Below are positions 35,943 to 48,344 of a stretch of 64,000 nucleotides of DNA, piece after piece. The position numbers were made by a program, and so were the translations under genes. The stretch is from Welwitschia mirabilis (Eukaryota). Under the pieces are notes generated by a model. The model had not been told where the DNA came from, searched no databases, and worked only from the letters and a program-made list of their open reading frames with translations. The stretch is from assembly GCA_051453625.1 (NCBI GenBank), contig JBOZIK010000001.1, positions 19,296,501 through 19,360,500 of the forward strand, read 5' to 3'. Position 1 is the first letter of the stretch, and every line of letters begins with the position of its first letter.

Positions 35943-37607
35943 AGTTGGTTCAACCTATATGGATTTCTCTTCCTACTATCCCACTTTTTCATGTAGTTGT
36001 TTTTCATCGTTCTCACTGTTTGTAGGAGTGTCATCCTTGCACGATTTTGATGTGAGGAGAACATTCTGCTTGTTTGCCTCATCTTAGACAATTACCTACT
36101 ACAAGAGCTTCCTTTTGATAGGACCCAAGGTAAAGTCTTTCCATGCCAATATATCATTATCCAACTAAATTCTCCTTTGGTAAAGTGGCCAAACATGGCC
36201 TCCATATCCTATTTTCCGCTTTTTAGAGGATGCAAGGGTGAATCACAATGGAAGAAAGAGATGGAATTCATTGATTCCGTCAAAATGCCGCTTCAAGCTA
36301 AAGTATTTCTTGACCAAGATGGTCCAACTATCAAATGGCTTTGGGATATCCATTCGCTTGTAGCTTTGTCCTCTGTTGTGAAGGCTTCTTAAAGCAAGTT
36401 GAGCGAATGATTTGGCAATGGATGCACGTAGAGTTCCCTTGTTGAGTTCAATGCCCTAATGGTTAGTCCTTATAACCTCATTGACAACAGTGACTCTTAC
36501 CACAATTGTATGCCCATTAACAACTAAATTGGATCCATACCACTTGTGAAAGAAGGCTTTGGAGATGTCTAGATCATGGTCTCTCAAGTAGATGTAGTAT
36601 TCTCAACTTGCAATAAAAAACCGCATTCCATGCTTATTCATTCTCAAGCAATGAAGAGAGGTCATATGCCATGCTTCTAAAAGTGCATCCCATGGTAGAA
36701 CTCAAGTTGGTGTTGAAGACCATCAATATCAACCTCGATTTTAACCATGACATCATTCTAGTCCCAATTAGTTAGAATTTCTAGATGAGTGAATAACTAG
36801 TTACAACAAAAATGGTCTCTCCCAAAGTTTGGAAGGGGTTTCTTAGAGCTAGTTGGTTCAACCTTTATGGATTTCTGTTCCTACTATACAACTTCTTCCT
36901 ATAGTTATTTTTCATCATCCTCATTGTTTGTAGGAGTGTCATGATTGCACTGTTTTGATGTGAGGAGACCATGTTTCTTCTCTTCCTCATCATTTGGGGG
37001 ACCCTACTATAAGAGCTTCTTTTTGACAAGACCGAGGGGCATGTTTTGCCATGCTGTTATATCATTATCCAACTAAATTCTCTTATTGTAAAGGAGCCAA
37101 ACATGGCCTTTGTATATTATTTCCACTTTTAAGAGCATGCAAGAGTGAATCAGTGTGGAAGAAAGGGAGATGGAATTCACTAATTTTGTCAAGATGCAGC
37201 TCCAAGCTAAAGTATTTCATGACCATCTAGGTCCAACTATCAAATATCTTTGAGGGATCCATTCGCTTGTAGCTTTGTCCTTTGTTGTGAAGGCTTCTTC
37301 TAGTAAGTTGAGCAAATTATTTGGCTAGGGATGCACATGGAGCTTCCCCCTTGAGTTCAATGCCCCAATGGTTAGTTGTTGTGACATCATAAACAACAAT
37401 GACCTTCACCACAATTATGTGCTCATTAACAACTAAATTGGATCCATCCTAGTTATGAAAGAAGGCTTTGGAGATGTCTAGATCATGGTCTTTCAAGTTG
37501 TAGATGTAGCTCTCCCAACTTGCGACAAAAACCGCATTCCATGCTTGCTCATTCTCAAGCAATGGAGAGTGGTCATATGACATGCTTCTAAGACTGCGTC
37601 TTGTGGT
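35943..37607 (-). repeat. Diverged tandem duplication (~750-bp copies, period ~908) of a degenerate ORF resembling retrotransposon accessory ORFs
   Basis: 35943-36696 aligns with 36851-37607. Minus-strand translation includes MDIPKPFDSWTILVKKYFSLKRHFDGINEFHLFL. Confidence 0.8.
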
Positions 37608-37714
37608 GCCTTTTCTTGGAACATCAAGGATGTGCTACAGGCGTGTGACAATCGGGTTGTAGAGTTATGAGTGGTTGCGTCAAGGCATACTGGAGTGACA
37701 TGGAGGTGTAGCTG

Positions 37715-37850
37715 GGATTGGGAGAAATTGCATTTTGATGGTCACATGATGTAAAATATTGTTTTGTTTTTATTCCAGGAGAACTCAAGAATCTACTAGG
37801 CCAAATCACTTCCTTGCAAGGTTCCACCAATGTCATATATTTGGTTATGG
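37715..37850 (-). pseudogene. Copia RNase H fragment
   Basis: YMTLVEPCKEVIWPSRFL..GIK...CDHQNAI. Confidence 0.75.
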
Positions 37851-38499
37851 CTAGTGTTTAAATCGATGGTGTCAACTTAAAGTATCTCCCATGATGTGAC
37901 ATCTCATTGATGTGATTAACTTAAAGTACAAAAGTGGCCCTTTGAAAATATCTTCCAGTATGGTCAAATTAGGTCACATTAGTCACTATCATAGCAAATC
38001 ATGTTTTTTGAAAATGTGGCACACGATCCTAGGAAGAGTACCTTCGGATTCCTAAAAACTTTTTAACGTTAGTTTAAAAGGGGCATCGGGGGTGCTTTTG
38101 GCAAACTTTCTTCTTTTAGTTCACATTTGACATTTTCGAGTCAAGTCCCTCTCAGTTTCTACACTTGAGTTCTCCAATGGCAAATCTTCCAAGTGACACT
38201 TCAATGAAGATGGGATCCTACTCAAGGTCTACAAAACAGAAAACATGCATTCCTCCTTCAAGTCTTACAAGTGAGTCCATCAACTCCTATTTTTGTTTTG
38301 AGTATTTGCATTTCTTGTATTCCTAAAATAGTTGAGGAACTCTNNNNNNNNNNACTCTATTAATAGAGTCCTACTGCCCTTCAGAATCCATTTTAATGAC
38401 ATCTACCTTTTTCCATCTTCTCAAATGGGTCAGAGGTTGTCACCTAGGCAAGAAAGGACATAGAAAATATGAAAACATAGATTACAGCTTTTTGTTTGA

Positions 38500-40180
38500 A
38501 CATATTAAAGAGATGCCACCTTGGATTGAACATTCATCACTCTGGTCTTGATGGACTCATCTTCTTCCATATATTTAAGACTTACTCTTCAACTCTGATA
38601 AAGGACATCATCACAACATGGGACCTGATCTAGAGGAAGAGTTGGCTTTTAGTTGTCTTCAATTCAAAGTCACCTTGACCTATCCATTTCCAAATTCTTG
38701 TTTTTGTAGATGATATTGGCGTAATCTTTGACCTCCCATCCAAGAAGCATAGTAATAGCCAACCTCTCTGCCTCTTTCCTAGTAAGAACCTTCTTGCTTT
38801 GCTTGAAGAGTAGAGAATCCCTAAGGTCTCCAGTGAAACCTTAAAGAGTGACAAAGTCATTTTAGTCTATCTTCTAAGAGAGCCAATGATGTCCATATGC
38901 CGTTGTGCTTGTTTTAGAATCCTCCTCCTTGATCAAAGAACCCATATTCCCCAAGCTATTTGTGAAGCCATGTGTGAGGTAGCCATGAATGGACTGAGAT
39001 TTGCTTGGGCTATGAGATTTACATGGTCTACATTGATAGGAGAAAAGGTAGCCGCTATCCTTACCCATTGCTAGAAGAATGACAAGGTGAGGTGTGTAGC
39101 CTCATCCTACACCCGAGCCATGAGGGTGTGGTCTACAAGTAGGATAGAGAGTGAAGATGTCTTGGCTTTTCCGAGGGATGGGGAGGCTATCGTTTGGTCT
39201 TCTCCCTCCTTAGGAGCAGGGCTTTGCACCAAGAGGGTTAGGTCGGAGAAACTATCTCAAGAATGACGAAAGGAAGGAAGAGTGGGAGATTATGGAAGAG
39301 AAGATTGAGAGCTACATTGAGACCTTCCTCTCAAAGGGAAAGGAACCAACTTTGGCAAAGACTTCTTCATCCAAAGGAATGGGGAAGGAGAAGGAGGAAG
39401 GCTTGGATGAGGAGGACTTAGAACTCATCAAAGACTTATCAGCTAACCATCTTCATTTGATCTCTTGCTTTGCTCTTCTTCTTTGCTCTAATACCTTCTT
39501 CTTTTGTAGGAGGATAAGTCCTTAGCTCTTCTCGTGGTGGGAAGTCCTACCTTTCCATTGGAGGCTCTAGATGAAGAAAGTGAAACAATCCTTTCATTCC
39601 TTCTCCTTTTCTTCCTTTCTTTGATCTTGCATCATACTAGAATCCTTTTCCCTTTCAAAGGACAAAAGGAAAATAGTCTTCTTGGGTGAAGAGGAGGAAC
39701 CTTAATATCAAGAAAATGTCCTCTCCTTGTGAGTGTCACGCTCTTCTCTTTTCTTATCCTCACTTTTGTTAATTTCCTTCTCTTACTGATGCACTGGGTA
39801 GTCTTCTTGCAGGGAGTGAGAGCTTTCCTCACTCCGTGGAGAGGGAGTTCTTTTCGAAGACAACCAAATATGCTTCCCTTTGGCTATCCCACTTGAGGAA
39901 GAAGTATGGGGGGAATAAGAGATAGACTGCCTACTAACTAGAAAATACCGTGTGAAAATGCTTGAGATGGACCATCAAGCTGAAGATGTAGAGAGGGAGG
40001 CAACAACCACCAGACATGAAGCTGAGATGCATAGGAATGCTACCAAGAACAAATCTCATTTCTCTAAGAGTCTAATCCTCTCGAGAGGTCTAAACTTTAA
40101 AAGAGGAGCTTAGTAAAACAAGAAAAGTAGCTAAGAGTCCAGACAGGCTCATAAAGAGACAAATGGAGAAGAAGATCATC
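38500..40180 (+). pseudogene. Degenerate accessory ORF with acidic/coiled-coil C-terminus, probably from a Tat/Ogre-like Gypsy element
   Basis: Long interrupted frame (..ILVFVDDIGVIFDLP..RILLLDQRTHIPQAICEAMC..KGKEPTL..) followed by an E/K-rich tail. No enzyme motifs. Confidence 0.4.
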
Positions 40181-41562
40181 CTTCCAGAGCTATTGTAGGT
40201 GCAAGTTCTGCCTATCTTTCTGGAGAGTTATGATTTGGTCTAACAAAATTTTTGAAGAAAAATCATGGCTATGACCATTTTGGCTAGGAATGAATCATAT
40301 TTGTTATGGAAAGTATTTTTATGTGAAGGGCAAAGCTGGCAAATGAGCTCAAGATACTAGCCAAAATCATTAGAGAATTGGGGAAACTTCTTGCTATGGT
40401 GGCAAGAATTTGGACATACTCTAATGGAAGCTACTATTACATGAACATAGAGTTATCAAGATAGGTAGGTAGCAAATTTTCCTAAGGATGTATAGTATTA
40501 TCTTAGGAAAAAAGTTCTTTCAAGGTTTGATTGTGATAAGGCTTCAAGACAAATTCCATTTTATATTAGAGCAATCCTACCCAAACAAGATCTCCAAGAG
40601 TGGCGACATGGTTATTCCTGGTTTTGGAATAGCTACAGGGCTGACGATACAGAATTAAAATTTTGGTCTTCTAAGCGTCAGATAATGTATCCCAATAACC
40701 ATTGTCTCTGTGCCCAATTGACTTAACAATTTGGCTTCTCCACCCTTACTGTATCCAATCAATGCCTCTAGTTTATGGAGCCTTATCCTCTAAACCTATA
40801 CCTTTCATTAGAAGTATGCATTTAAAATTTGATCACCCTAATAATTTAATTTTTGACAAAGATGTGCAAGGTGTAGGTTTAGCAAGAAGAATAAATAAAG
40901 AAGAGGTACCAGGCGAAGAGAGGCCTAAAAGGCTTGAAGGCAAAGGAAAACAAGGATTTGATGCATCATTCAAAGAAATGGATGATAGTATCTTGACGTC
41001 ATTAATGCTAGCCAATCCAAATTGAAGGGACATTCAAACCCAAATGTTAAAAATTGGGTAAAAATATTAAATGAAAGCTTGAGGTATGATAGAAGATTTT
41101 GATCTGACAAAACAAAAAGCAATAAGAAGACTTTGAGCCTGACAGAATACAAAATAATAATAGTGGTAGCGAATTCTGTTAAATAAAGAGGATGAATCAC
41201 TTGATTGGAAAGGCCAATCACCTTGACCGATAGTGATGATGTCCACCTCAAATTGCACTATAATGCTCATCATTATGCCCATCATGCTAAGAAGAAACTC
41301 AAAAAGAAAATAAGTCTGTCTTAAAGATAGATGCATCCACATTGCAATTATTAGTGAGGGTTAATGCTATCCACAGATGTGAAGATAGTGGAGCACCTAC
41401 TTTTACTATTTAGATTAGGTATCTACTGTTACCTTTGTTACTGGGCATCTACCTTTTTGAGTGCGCTTACTTTACATTAGTATATTAGTAGGCATATTTT
41501 TTGTGGATGTGCGTACTTTACACTGTTAAGTAGGAATCTATTGTTGAGCTTGTTTTTGAGCC

Positions 41563-41569
41563 TATATAA
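41563..41569 (+). promoter_or_regulatory. TATA box of the putative viral pregenomic-RNA promoter
   Basis: CCTATATAAGG ~265 bp upstream of the PBS, preceded by short imperfect repeats (GTGCG..TACTTTACA, TAGG.ATCTA.TGTT). Confidence 0.6.
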
Positions 41570-41829
41570 GGAGATATCAGTTGTAAATAATCCAGAATTT
41601 CAGTGTGTTTGATAATCGAATTTAGGGTTGTTTTAACACTTTGGGTGTACACTCTGTGTTTTCGACGTGTGTTTATAAAGCCTTTTTCATTCAGATGTTG
41701 AGTAGGGGTGAGTCACTTTGTCTCTTTGTGGGTTATTTAGAGCATTTGCTGAATTATATTAGGCTAGTTTGAGTGATAAATGAGATAGCCTGGATTCGTA
41801 TTCGGTTTCAAACCTCTCCTTGTTTCAAA

Positions 41830-41840
41830 TGGTATCAGAG
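41830..41840 (+). promoter_or_regulatory. tRNA-Met(i) primer-binding site (second degenerate copy 41887-41897)
   Basis: TGGTATCAGAG and TGGTACTAGAG lie within a ~56-bp tandem duplication. Confidence 0.85.
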
Positions 41841-42169
41841 ATAGCCTCAATCCTTGTTTCCGTCTCAAACTTGTCCCTCTTTCAAATGGTACTAGAGTCT
41901 AGTTAAGGTCAGTTGGAGGTTGAAACTAGGTTCGTTGGTTTTTCAGCTTAAGTGGTTGATAGTGTGCTGCCTTAATGAGTAAAAGTTTGCGCATCTTTTA
42001 GTAAAAACTCTCACTTTGATTGTTAGTTGTATTGCTGTGGCTGCTTTTACAAGAATAAAAGCTTGTGTGTTCAACATCCTATTATGTTGAAGGTGCTTGA
42101 CTTGTTGCATTAGCACTTGCCTTCACGATTATCTTCTATCTTAGATTTTAGTGTTCCACTCTAACATTC

Positions 42170-43050
42170 ATGGATGGATTTTCCTTGCTCCTTTTTTGAA
42201 AATGAAGCATCTACTTCAGCAAATATTTTTTTATCAATGTCTGCTAGCAATAAGAACGTTATTCCTCTACATCAAATAGTAATGGAAAATCAATACTAGA
42301 ATGAGAGTTAAGACTGGTAAAATTGGATTTCTTGATGTAAAGAGAGAAGATCATTACAATATAGGCAAATTTGAAGCTAAATTCTTACAATCAATAAAAT
42401 AATTAGAAGTTCATTTGAATGTGGAAGGAAAAAGGATTATGCTAGTTTTAGTTTCGTTTATCTTTGAAGAAGACATAAAGAGATGGGAAAGCAAAGGGTA
42501 CCATCGAATACATATAGTCTAGCTTGATTTGGTAATTCATCCAAAATTTACTTATGAATTAAATGCCAAATACTTTTGTCTCTTTAATGGACATAGGGCA
42601 GTTAGAGTGGAAAGATGCTTTGATGTATCAATTTAGAAGCAAACTCAACAAAGATAATATCTGCTATGTATAACCAGACTATCAAATCAATCTTAGTGAT
42701 GATTATGTGACTACAACGCTTATGGTCTGTGTAGAAATAGTCTATAGTATGCTCTCAGGATCAATCCAGTGTAGCATAGGAGCTAGATGTATATTTTATG
42801 TTTCTTCGACACTGTTTTTGAATAGCAAATTGCTAGATGGAGTGAGATTTCTAGCTGGTTCAAAGTCTTTGATAGAAATAGGAAAATCTGTAGATATTTC
42901 AAATTTCTATACTAGTTACCTGTGCGTAGCTCAATATTTGGAAAATTAGGATGGGAAGGAAGAAAAGAAAAAAGCAGTATGGAATCCACTTAGGAAATTG
43001 TCAGATATAACAAGACCTGTGGCCAAGAGAACAATAGTTAATCTTGTTAC
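42170..43050 (+). pseudogene. Viral 30K-superfamily movement protein (caulimovirid-type), degenerate
   Basis: Manual translation across a frameshift: EEDIKRWESKGYHRIHIV*LDLVIHPKFTYELNA / TFVSLMDIGQLEWKDALMYQFRSKLNKDNICYV*PDYQINLSDDYVTTTLMVCVEIVYSMLSGSIQCSIGARCIFYVSST. This follows the GY-x-x-H..., L-x-D (D motif), P-x-Y-x-I-x-L-x-D pattern. Confidence 0.8.
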
Positions 43051-43522
43051 TAATGAGTAAAATGTCGGCAAATTAAACTGTCCTTCGACTCAAAAAGTCA
43101 TGTCGGGGAGACATGTCACCATTGTGTCGGCAATATGTCAGAGCAAAATGTCGGCAATTGTTTTTCTCAAAAAAAAATGCAAAGCTTATTAATTTTATGA
43201 GATGTGCAATCACTCAATGCTCTACTAGCAGAAATGGATTTTTCATGGGAAAATTGTGATTTTTCCCTTCCCTATTTCTCGTTGTTCACTGGGGTGTTAC
43301 ACAGAAAATGGTTTTTTCGTGCCAGAAAACGGGTTGTAATGGTACTTGTGTGAGACATTTTGAAAAAGTCGGCAATATGTCAATGACATGTCGCAAAAGT
43401 CAGCATTGCCGACATGTTGTTGACTTTTTTGAAATGTTGGTCGAAAATGTCAACCGACTTTGAGACATTAAGGGCAACATGTTGCCTTTTTTTGGTGACA
43501 CGTCACCTTATTTTACTTGTTG
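43051..43522. mobile_element. hAT-family MITE inserted into the viral ORF
   Basis: TIRs TAATGAGTAAAAT / ATTTTACTTGTTG, ATGTCGGCAA subterminal repeats, 8-bp TSD CTTGTTAC / CTTGTAGC. Left end resembles 7620-7700. Confidence 0.85.
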
Positions 43523-43979
43523 CTTGTAGCAATCCTAGGAGAACAAGGCAAGACAGGAGTTGAAAAAGACACAAATAAATGTGCAGATATAAATACAACA
43601 AAAATCTGTGAATAGGTTAATAGGGCGCCTATAAATGATAAAACTAAGCAAAGATGCTGAAAAGAAGGGAAACGAGAAAATGCCTAAATATCAATAACAA
43701 AGTTAAATTACAGAAAGGATTGTTAATGAAGAGATATTTTACAAAAACAAATCTCAAGCTTGGCCACTAAGAAAGAATATTGTTCAACAAATCATTCCAC
43801 TGACTTCGAAGAAATACACGGATGAAATCAGATAGTTAAATTACATTATTTCATTGTCTGATCATGCTTTAATGCACGTTGATAACATAGACCAAACATT
43901 AGAGGATATAGAGGAAAATTAAGGGTATTAGTTGACACTATGAAATAGAAAGGAAGAAATCAAACAAAAGGGATTAGAA

Positions 43980-46900
43980 CTTCATAGGGAAAAGGTGCAT
44001 CTTTTTTACCCTTAGGAGACCAGACAGATGGTGCATCTTCCTTCAAGAGTGCATGATGTGTGCCAATGCCACTATCTCTGCAAAACCTAGGATGCAATAG
44101 TGCCTCTTTCTTACCCTTGTGAGACCACACAAAAGGTGCATCTTTCTTCAACAGTGCATGATGTATGCCACTATGTCTGCAAAACCTAGGATGAGCCTTC
44201 TCACAAAATTGATTTTTCCCAACAATGAATGAAGTTCCTTGAGAGAAGTTGGCTCTAGATCTATGCCCATTTCTTAATTTAGAACAAGATGACCCAACAA
44301 CTTGCTAGAAGAGACAACTATGATAGTCTTCTTTGGGTGGTTAAGGAGACTCCATACTTCTCGAAATGAAGAAAACATCTTGTGTAGATTTGCAACATGA
44401 TCCAAACTCTTGTTTGGGTAGACTATGATATCATTCAAGTAGACAACCACTCATTTACTTGTGAGTCCCGTTAATGTGGATCCCATAGTCCTCTAAATGG
44501 TAGCTCTAGCACTGATTGGGCCAAAAGGCATTCTCTAGGAAAGAGAACATCTGAGCACCAATTACCTCGTTTAGGATCTCATCTAATAGTTGGTGTGATG
44601 TAGTTGTAGTTGATAGAAATCTTGTTTAGATTCTTAATGTCCACACACAATTGAATCTCTTGACTCTTATTTCTAACTAGGACTAAATTAGCTACCTAAG
44701 TGGTGTGTTGGCCAGGATAGACGATTCTTGCCTGCAAACGCTTATGAACTTTTCTTAATCAATGACGCTAGAACTGGATTGACTGTCCTCTGCCATTGAT
44801 GAAAAGGCTTGGTACCTTCCTTGAGTGGGATTGTGTAAGTAAGGATGTTGGGGTCATACCTCTTTAAATGTTCATAATTCCTTGCAAACACATCCTTGAA
44901 CTCTCAACAAAGAGTTAGGATAGCTTGCCTCTCTAAAGATGAACAAATGTTCCCAATCTAAATGTACTTGTGTTCTTGAGGAGAACCTAAATTCCCTTCA
45001 TATTTGTTAATCTATACATTTGCTAGGGAAAGAAAAGTCTGGCTTTGCAGCAAAGGACTTCTCCAATTGTATGAAATTGACAGGGATCCCGTTATTGTGA
45101 AGCTGTAAAACTCAACTTTTAGTAAAATGTCCCTCCTTTGTTGATTCCTTCCGTGTCTTCATCAATGGACTCTACTCGATTCTTCAGAAATTGTAGGATC
45201 TAACCATCTTCCTCAAAAACTTGAAACTATTTGATATTATCAGGGACTGACTTCTCTAGAAGAGGGAGAATTTGAAGTCCTTTGATAGCTAGGTCATCCA
45301 TTGGTGCTTTGACTGTAGTTGTGCTTTAGCCATATTTGCAAGGGAATTCTTCTCTCCTGAAATTTGGGAAGAGACCATTCTTTAAATTGACCTAGGAGGT
45401 TCAAAACCATTCTTCAAAACGGGGGGATCCTCTTGCACCTATATGTGAGTCGATTCTTTGATATCATAGAAATACATGACCATGCCTAAGTCTTAAATAG
45501 GCTCTTCAAGATTGGTCTTCTCTCTTTTGTAAGCAATGACATTGTATTTCAAGTATGGCTCTCTTGATCTATGTGGATCTCATACCTCATTGGAAACACC
45601 CTTCTGGGGGAGCCACATGTGAGAAGAGTCTGAAAAGATGTATCCAGTAAGGGAATTTGCCTAACTTTGACTCAACAATGCTCCATATATTGCTAGAATG
45701 TTGATTACATAGAAATATGGAACACTCATGACTTTCAGCTCTAAGGCTATGTGCACCTTTAAATCCTTCATAATACCTTGCACACTGACATTCATTCGAG
45801 CGGGATGCACTTGCTTCTTGCTACATTTCTTAAGAGTTAAGTTCAACTAATTTGCTACTTTTTAAGGAAGGATGTTGGTAGGGTTCGAAATCGACGAGTC
45901 AATTATGTACATCCTTGTCAGACATGCAACAGGTGAGCATGAAGGAGAGAACCTTTTTTTAGTATTGAAAATAGTGGCATTAGCCTCTACCTTTGCTACA
46001 TTTGTTTTATAGGGAGAATCTTTTGATTGTTGATTGTTTGTGGAGGCACAAGACTGAGGGAGCCTCTCTCGCTCTGATCTTTGCTCAACAAAAGAACCTC
46101 GAAAATGGGAAAGGTTTGGCTTACGCTTTTTGAGGTCTTATTCATTCATTGTAAGTAGGGGTAGCTTTCTTTCTTCTTCTATCATCTTACAATAGCCTTT
46201 CGAAGCTAATGGTATCTGATATTTGTTGTCACTTGCAAGAGGGGGAGGACCACTTGAGGCATCTTGATGTGAGGCATGAGATTTTTCCTAAGAGGATTAA
46301 AGTTGGTCAAGGGCTTTTGCTCTTGTCCTATGCTTGGGTTGGGGTTTAGTCCTATGGCTTCTCTGTTAGCAACTCTAGCCTTCTTGGTGTAGATAAAAGT
46401 CTAGACAATAGAGAGGTATTCAACATGGTACAGGGGCTTATTCTTACTCTCATGAGGATTTGAAGCAATGCTAACCTCTTCCAACCAATTGGTGATCTTG
46501 AAGTAGTACATTTCTTTTGGATGGGAAGAAGAGGGAAGAAACATGTGAAGCTCTCATGATCTCCTGCGTGCAAAGATTATCTTTATAATTGTCTCCAGTG
46601 TGGTTGGCACTCTGATAGAATGGACAAAAATCATGGAAGGAAACCAAATTTGTATCATGCTTTGATAGATGTCCTCAAATTTCATAGTATCACAAGTGAA
46701 ATTGGAATCCACTTCTCTATAGGTCTTTCCTACTTCACTTGAGCTCTACCCTACTGTGAAATCTTTAATTGCTCCATATCCTAAGTAAGCTTTCTCAACA
46801 TCTACGTAAGAGATTTGATCTCACTTTCACTCTCAGAGTTAGAGGAGACCCTGGGTGAATTAGATGGATGACTCTAGGGTACAAGGATAGGGTTTAGTGG

Positions 46901-48340
46901 CGGGTGGGATGAGGAAAGAATTTGGGAAGGGGCATAAGAACCAAAGGTGGAGAAAGGATGCGACAATTGGAATAAACATGTATTGGATGCGGTGGGAAGT
47001 GGAAGGTAGGGAAGTTGTGGGGAACAAGAACTGGCATGGTTTAAGGGATTATTGACAGGAAGAGGTGTAAAATTAGGAGGTGACAAGGTGATAAGGTTTA
47101 GGTGAATAAGGTTGGGATGGGCATGGGGTTGACTGGTATACCCTCTTTAGGCAAATAGTCTCTTTCATGAGATTCTAGAGGCTAGTGCGATTGGGCCTTC
47201 GCTCTAGAGAGAAACGAGTCATCCCATCTAACGCCGAATGGTACATGACCATTACTTGGAAGGTAGCTGGCTTGTGCTATGTGGGAAGACCAACATAGAT
47301 GATATCGGAACAGTTGTTAAATGCTTTGTCTGCCTCTGCGTGCTCCTCTTTTATGGTGGCAAAACACTAGTACAATGTCTCCGGATCCATCTGACCTCCA
47401 AACTGCATAATGAAAGCCTGGATAAGCTCATTCCAAGAATTCATAGCGTTTGCAATGAGTTGCAAATAATAGAGCCGAGCTTCTCCCTTGAGATAGGGGT
47501 GGAATAGTTGGCAAGTGACATCCTTTTAATTAACAACCGAGAAGTGGAGTCCTCTAGTAAAAGTGGCGATATTGTCTTCAGGGGCCAAGCAAGAATGGGG
47601 ATAATAAGCTTGCGGAAAGTCGGAAACTTATCGTGCTTCATGGGAAGGGCACTGGAGGCTAGGAAATTGAGGGAGTTGTTGCTAATATATGGGGGAGGCG
47701 GGTTGACCATGGGTATAAGCTAGGTAGGAGTGGCTAGGGGAGAGTAGAAGCTACAAGGGAGGAAGGAGAAGATGTCTTAGAGTGAGAAATCGTAACAGGT
47801 AATGAAGCCTTAGTGGTAGAGTCTTCAACAAAGAGTGAGTTTCTTGAAGAACAGAACGGATTGAAGAGAGTTCTTAATGCCCTCCTTTTGTTGTTGTGTC
47901 TTGAGAGATGTGTTGTAGTGATGAGCTAGTGCAAGAAACTCAACTTGGCATTTGTTCTAGCATCAAGGAAGACGTGTTGATGTAAATTCCTTATATGGGC
48001 TTGGAAAGGACAATCATACCTGCTTTCCAAAGGGAGACAACCTGGACTTGTTTGAGAGGACAACTGCAAACTAAGTACTCAAAAATAAAACCTCAAGGTA
48101 CAGAGTAATCAGGGCACGGTGTAGAGCATAGGATAAAGCCTAACAAGAAACCTCAAACAATAAAGGACTTAAGCAAAAAAAGGAAAAATGGGGAAGAGGA
48201 TAAGAAAGGGAGGACTTCCAATGGAAGACGGTATCCTTCAGGTTGCTTCAAGATACACAGAAGGGAAGGTGAAGCAAGTCTTAGGAATGGGAATAGAGTT
48301 CCCAAATGGATTTCCTCCCAAGGCTAGGAAGGAGGGCGAA
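43980..48340 (-). mobile_element. Degenerate Ty3/Gypsy (Tat/Ogre-like) gag-protease-RT with 5' leader, truncated after RT
   Basis: Gag FHPYLKGEARLYY..MNSWNELIQAFIMQF at ~47.4-47.5 kb; RT IQLCVDIKNLNK at ~44.64 kb, VVYLNDIIVY at ~44.44 kb; LKKDAPFVW. Confidence 0.85.
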
Positions 48341-48344
48341 GAAG

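Larger units (their letters stand above)
40200..43960 (+). mobile_element. Endogenous pararetrovirus (Caulimoviridae) fragment spanning the viral genome origin
   Basis: Order on one strand: decayed ORF tail, intergenic region with TATA, TGGTATCAGAG PBS, movement-protein ORF, A-rich coding continuation. Outer boundaries approximate. Confidence 0.75.
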
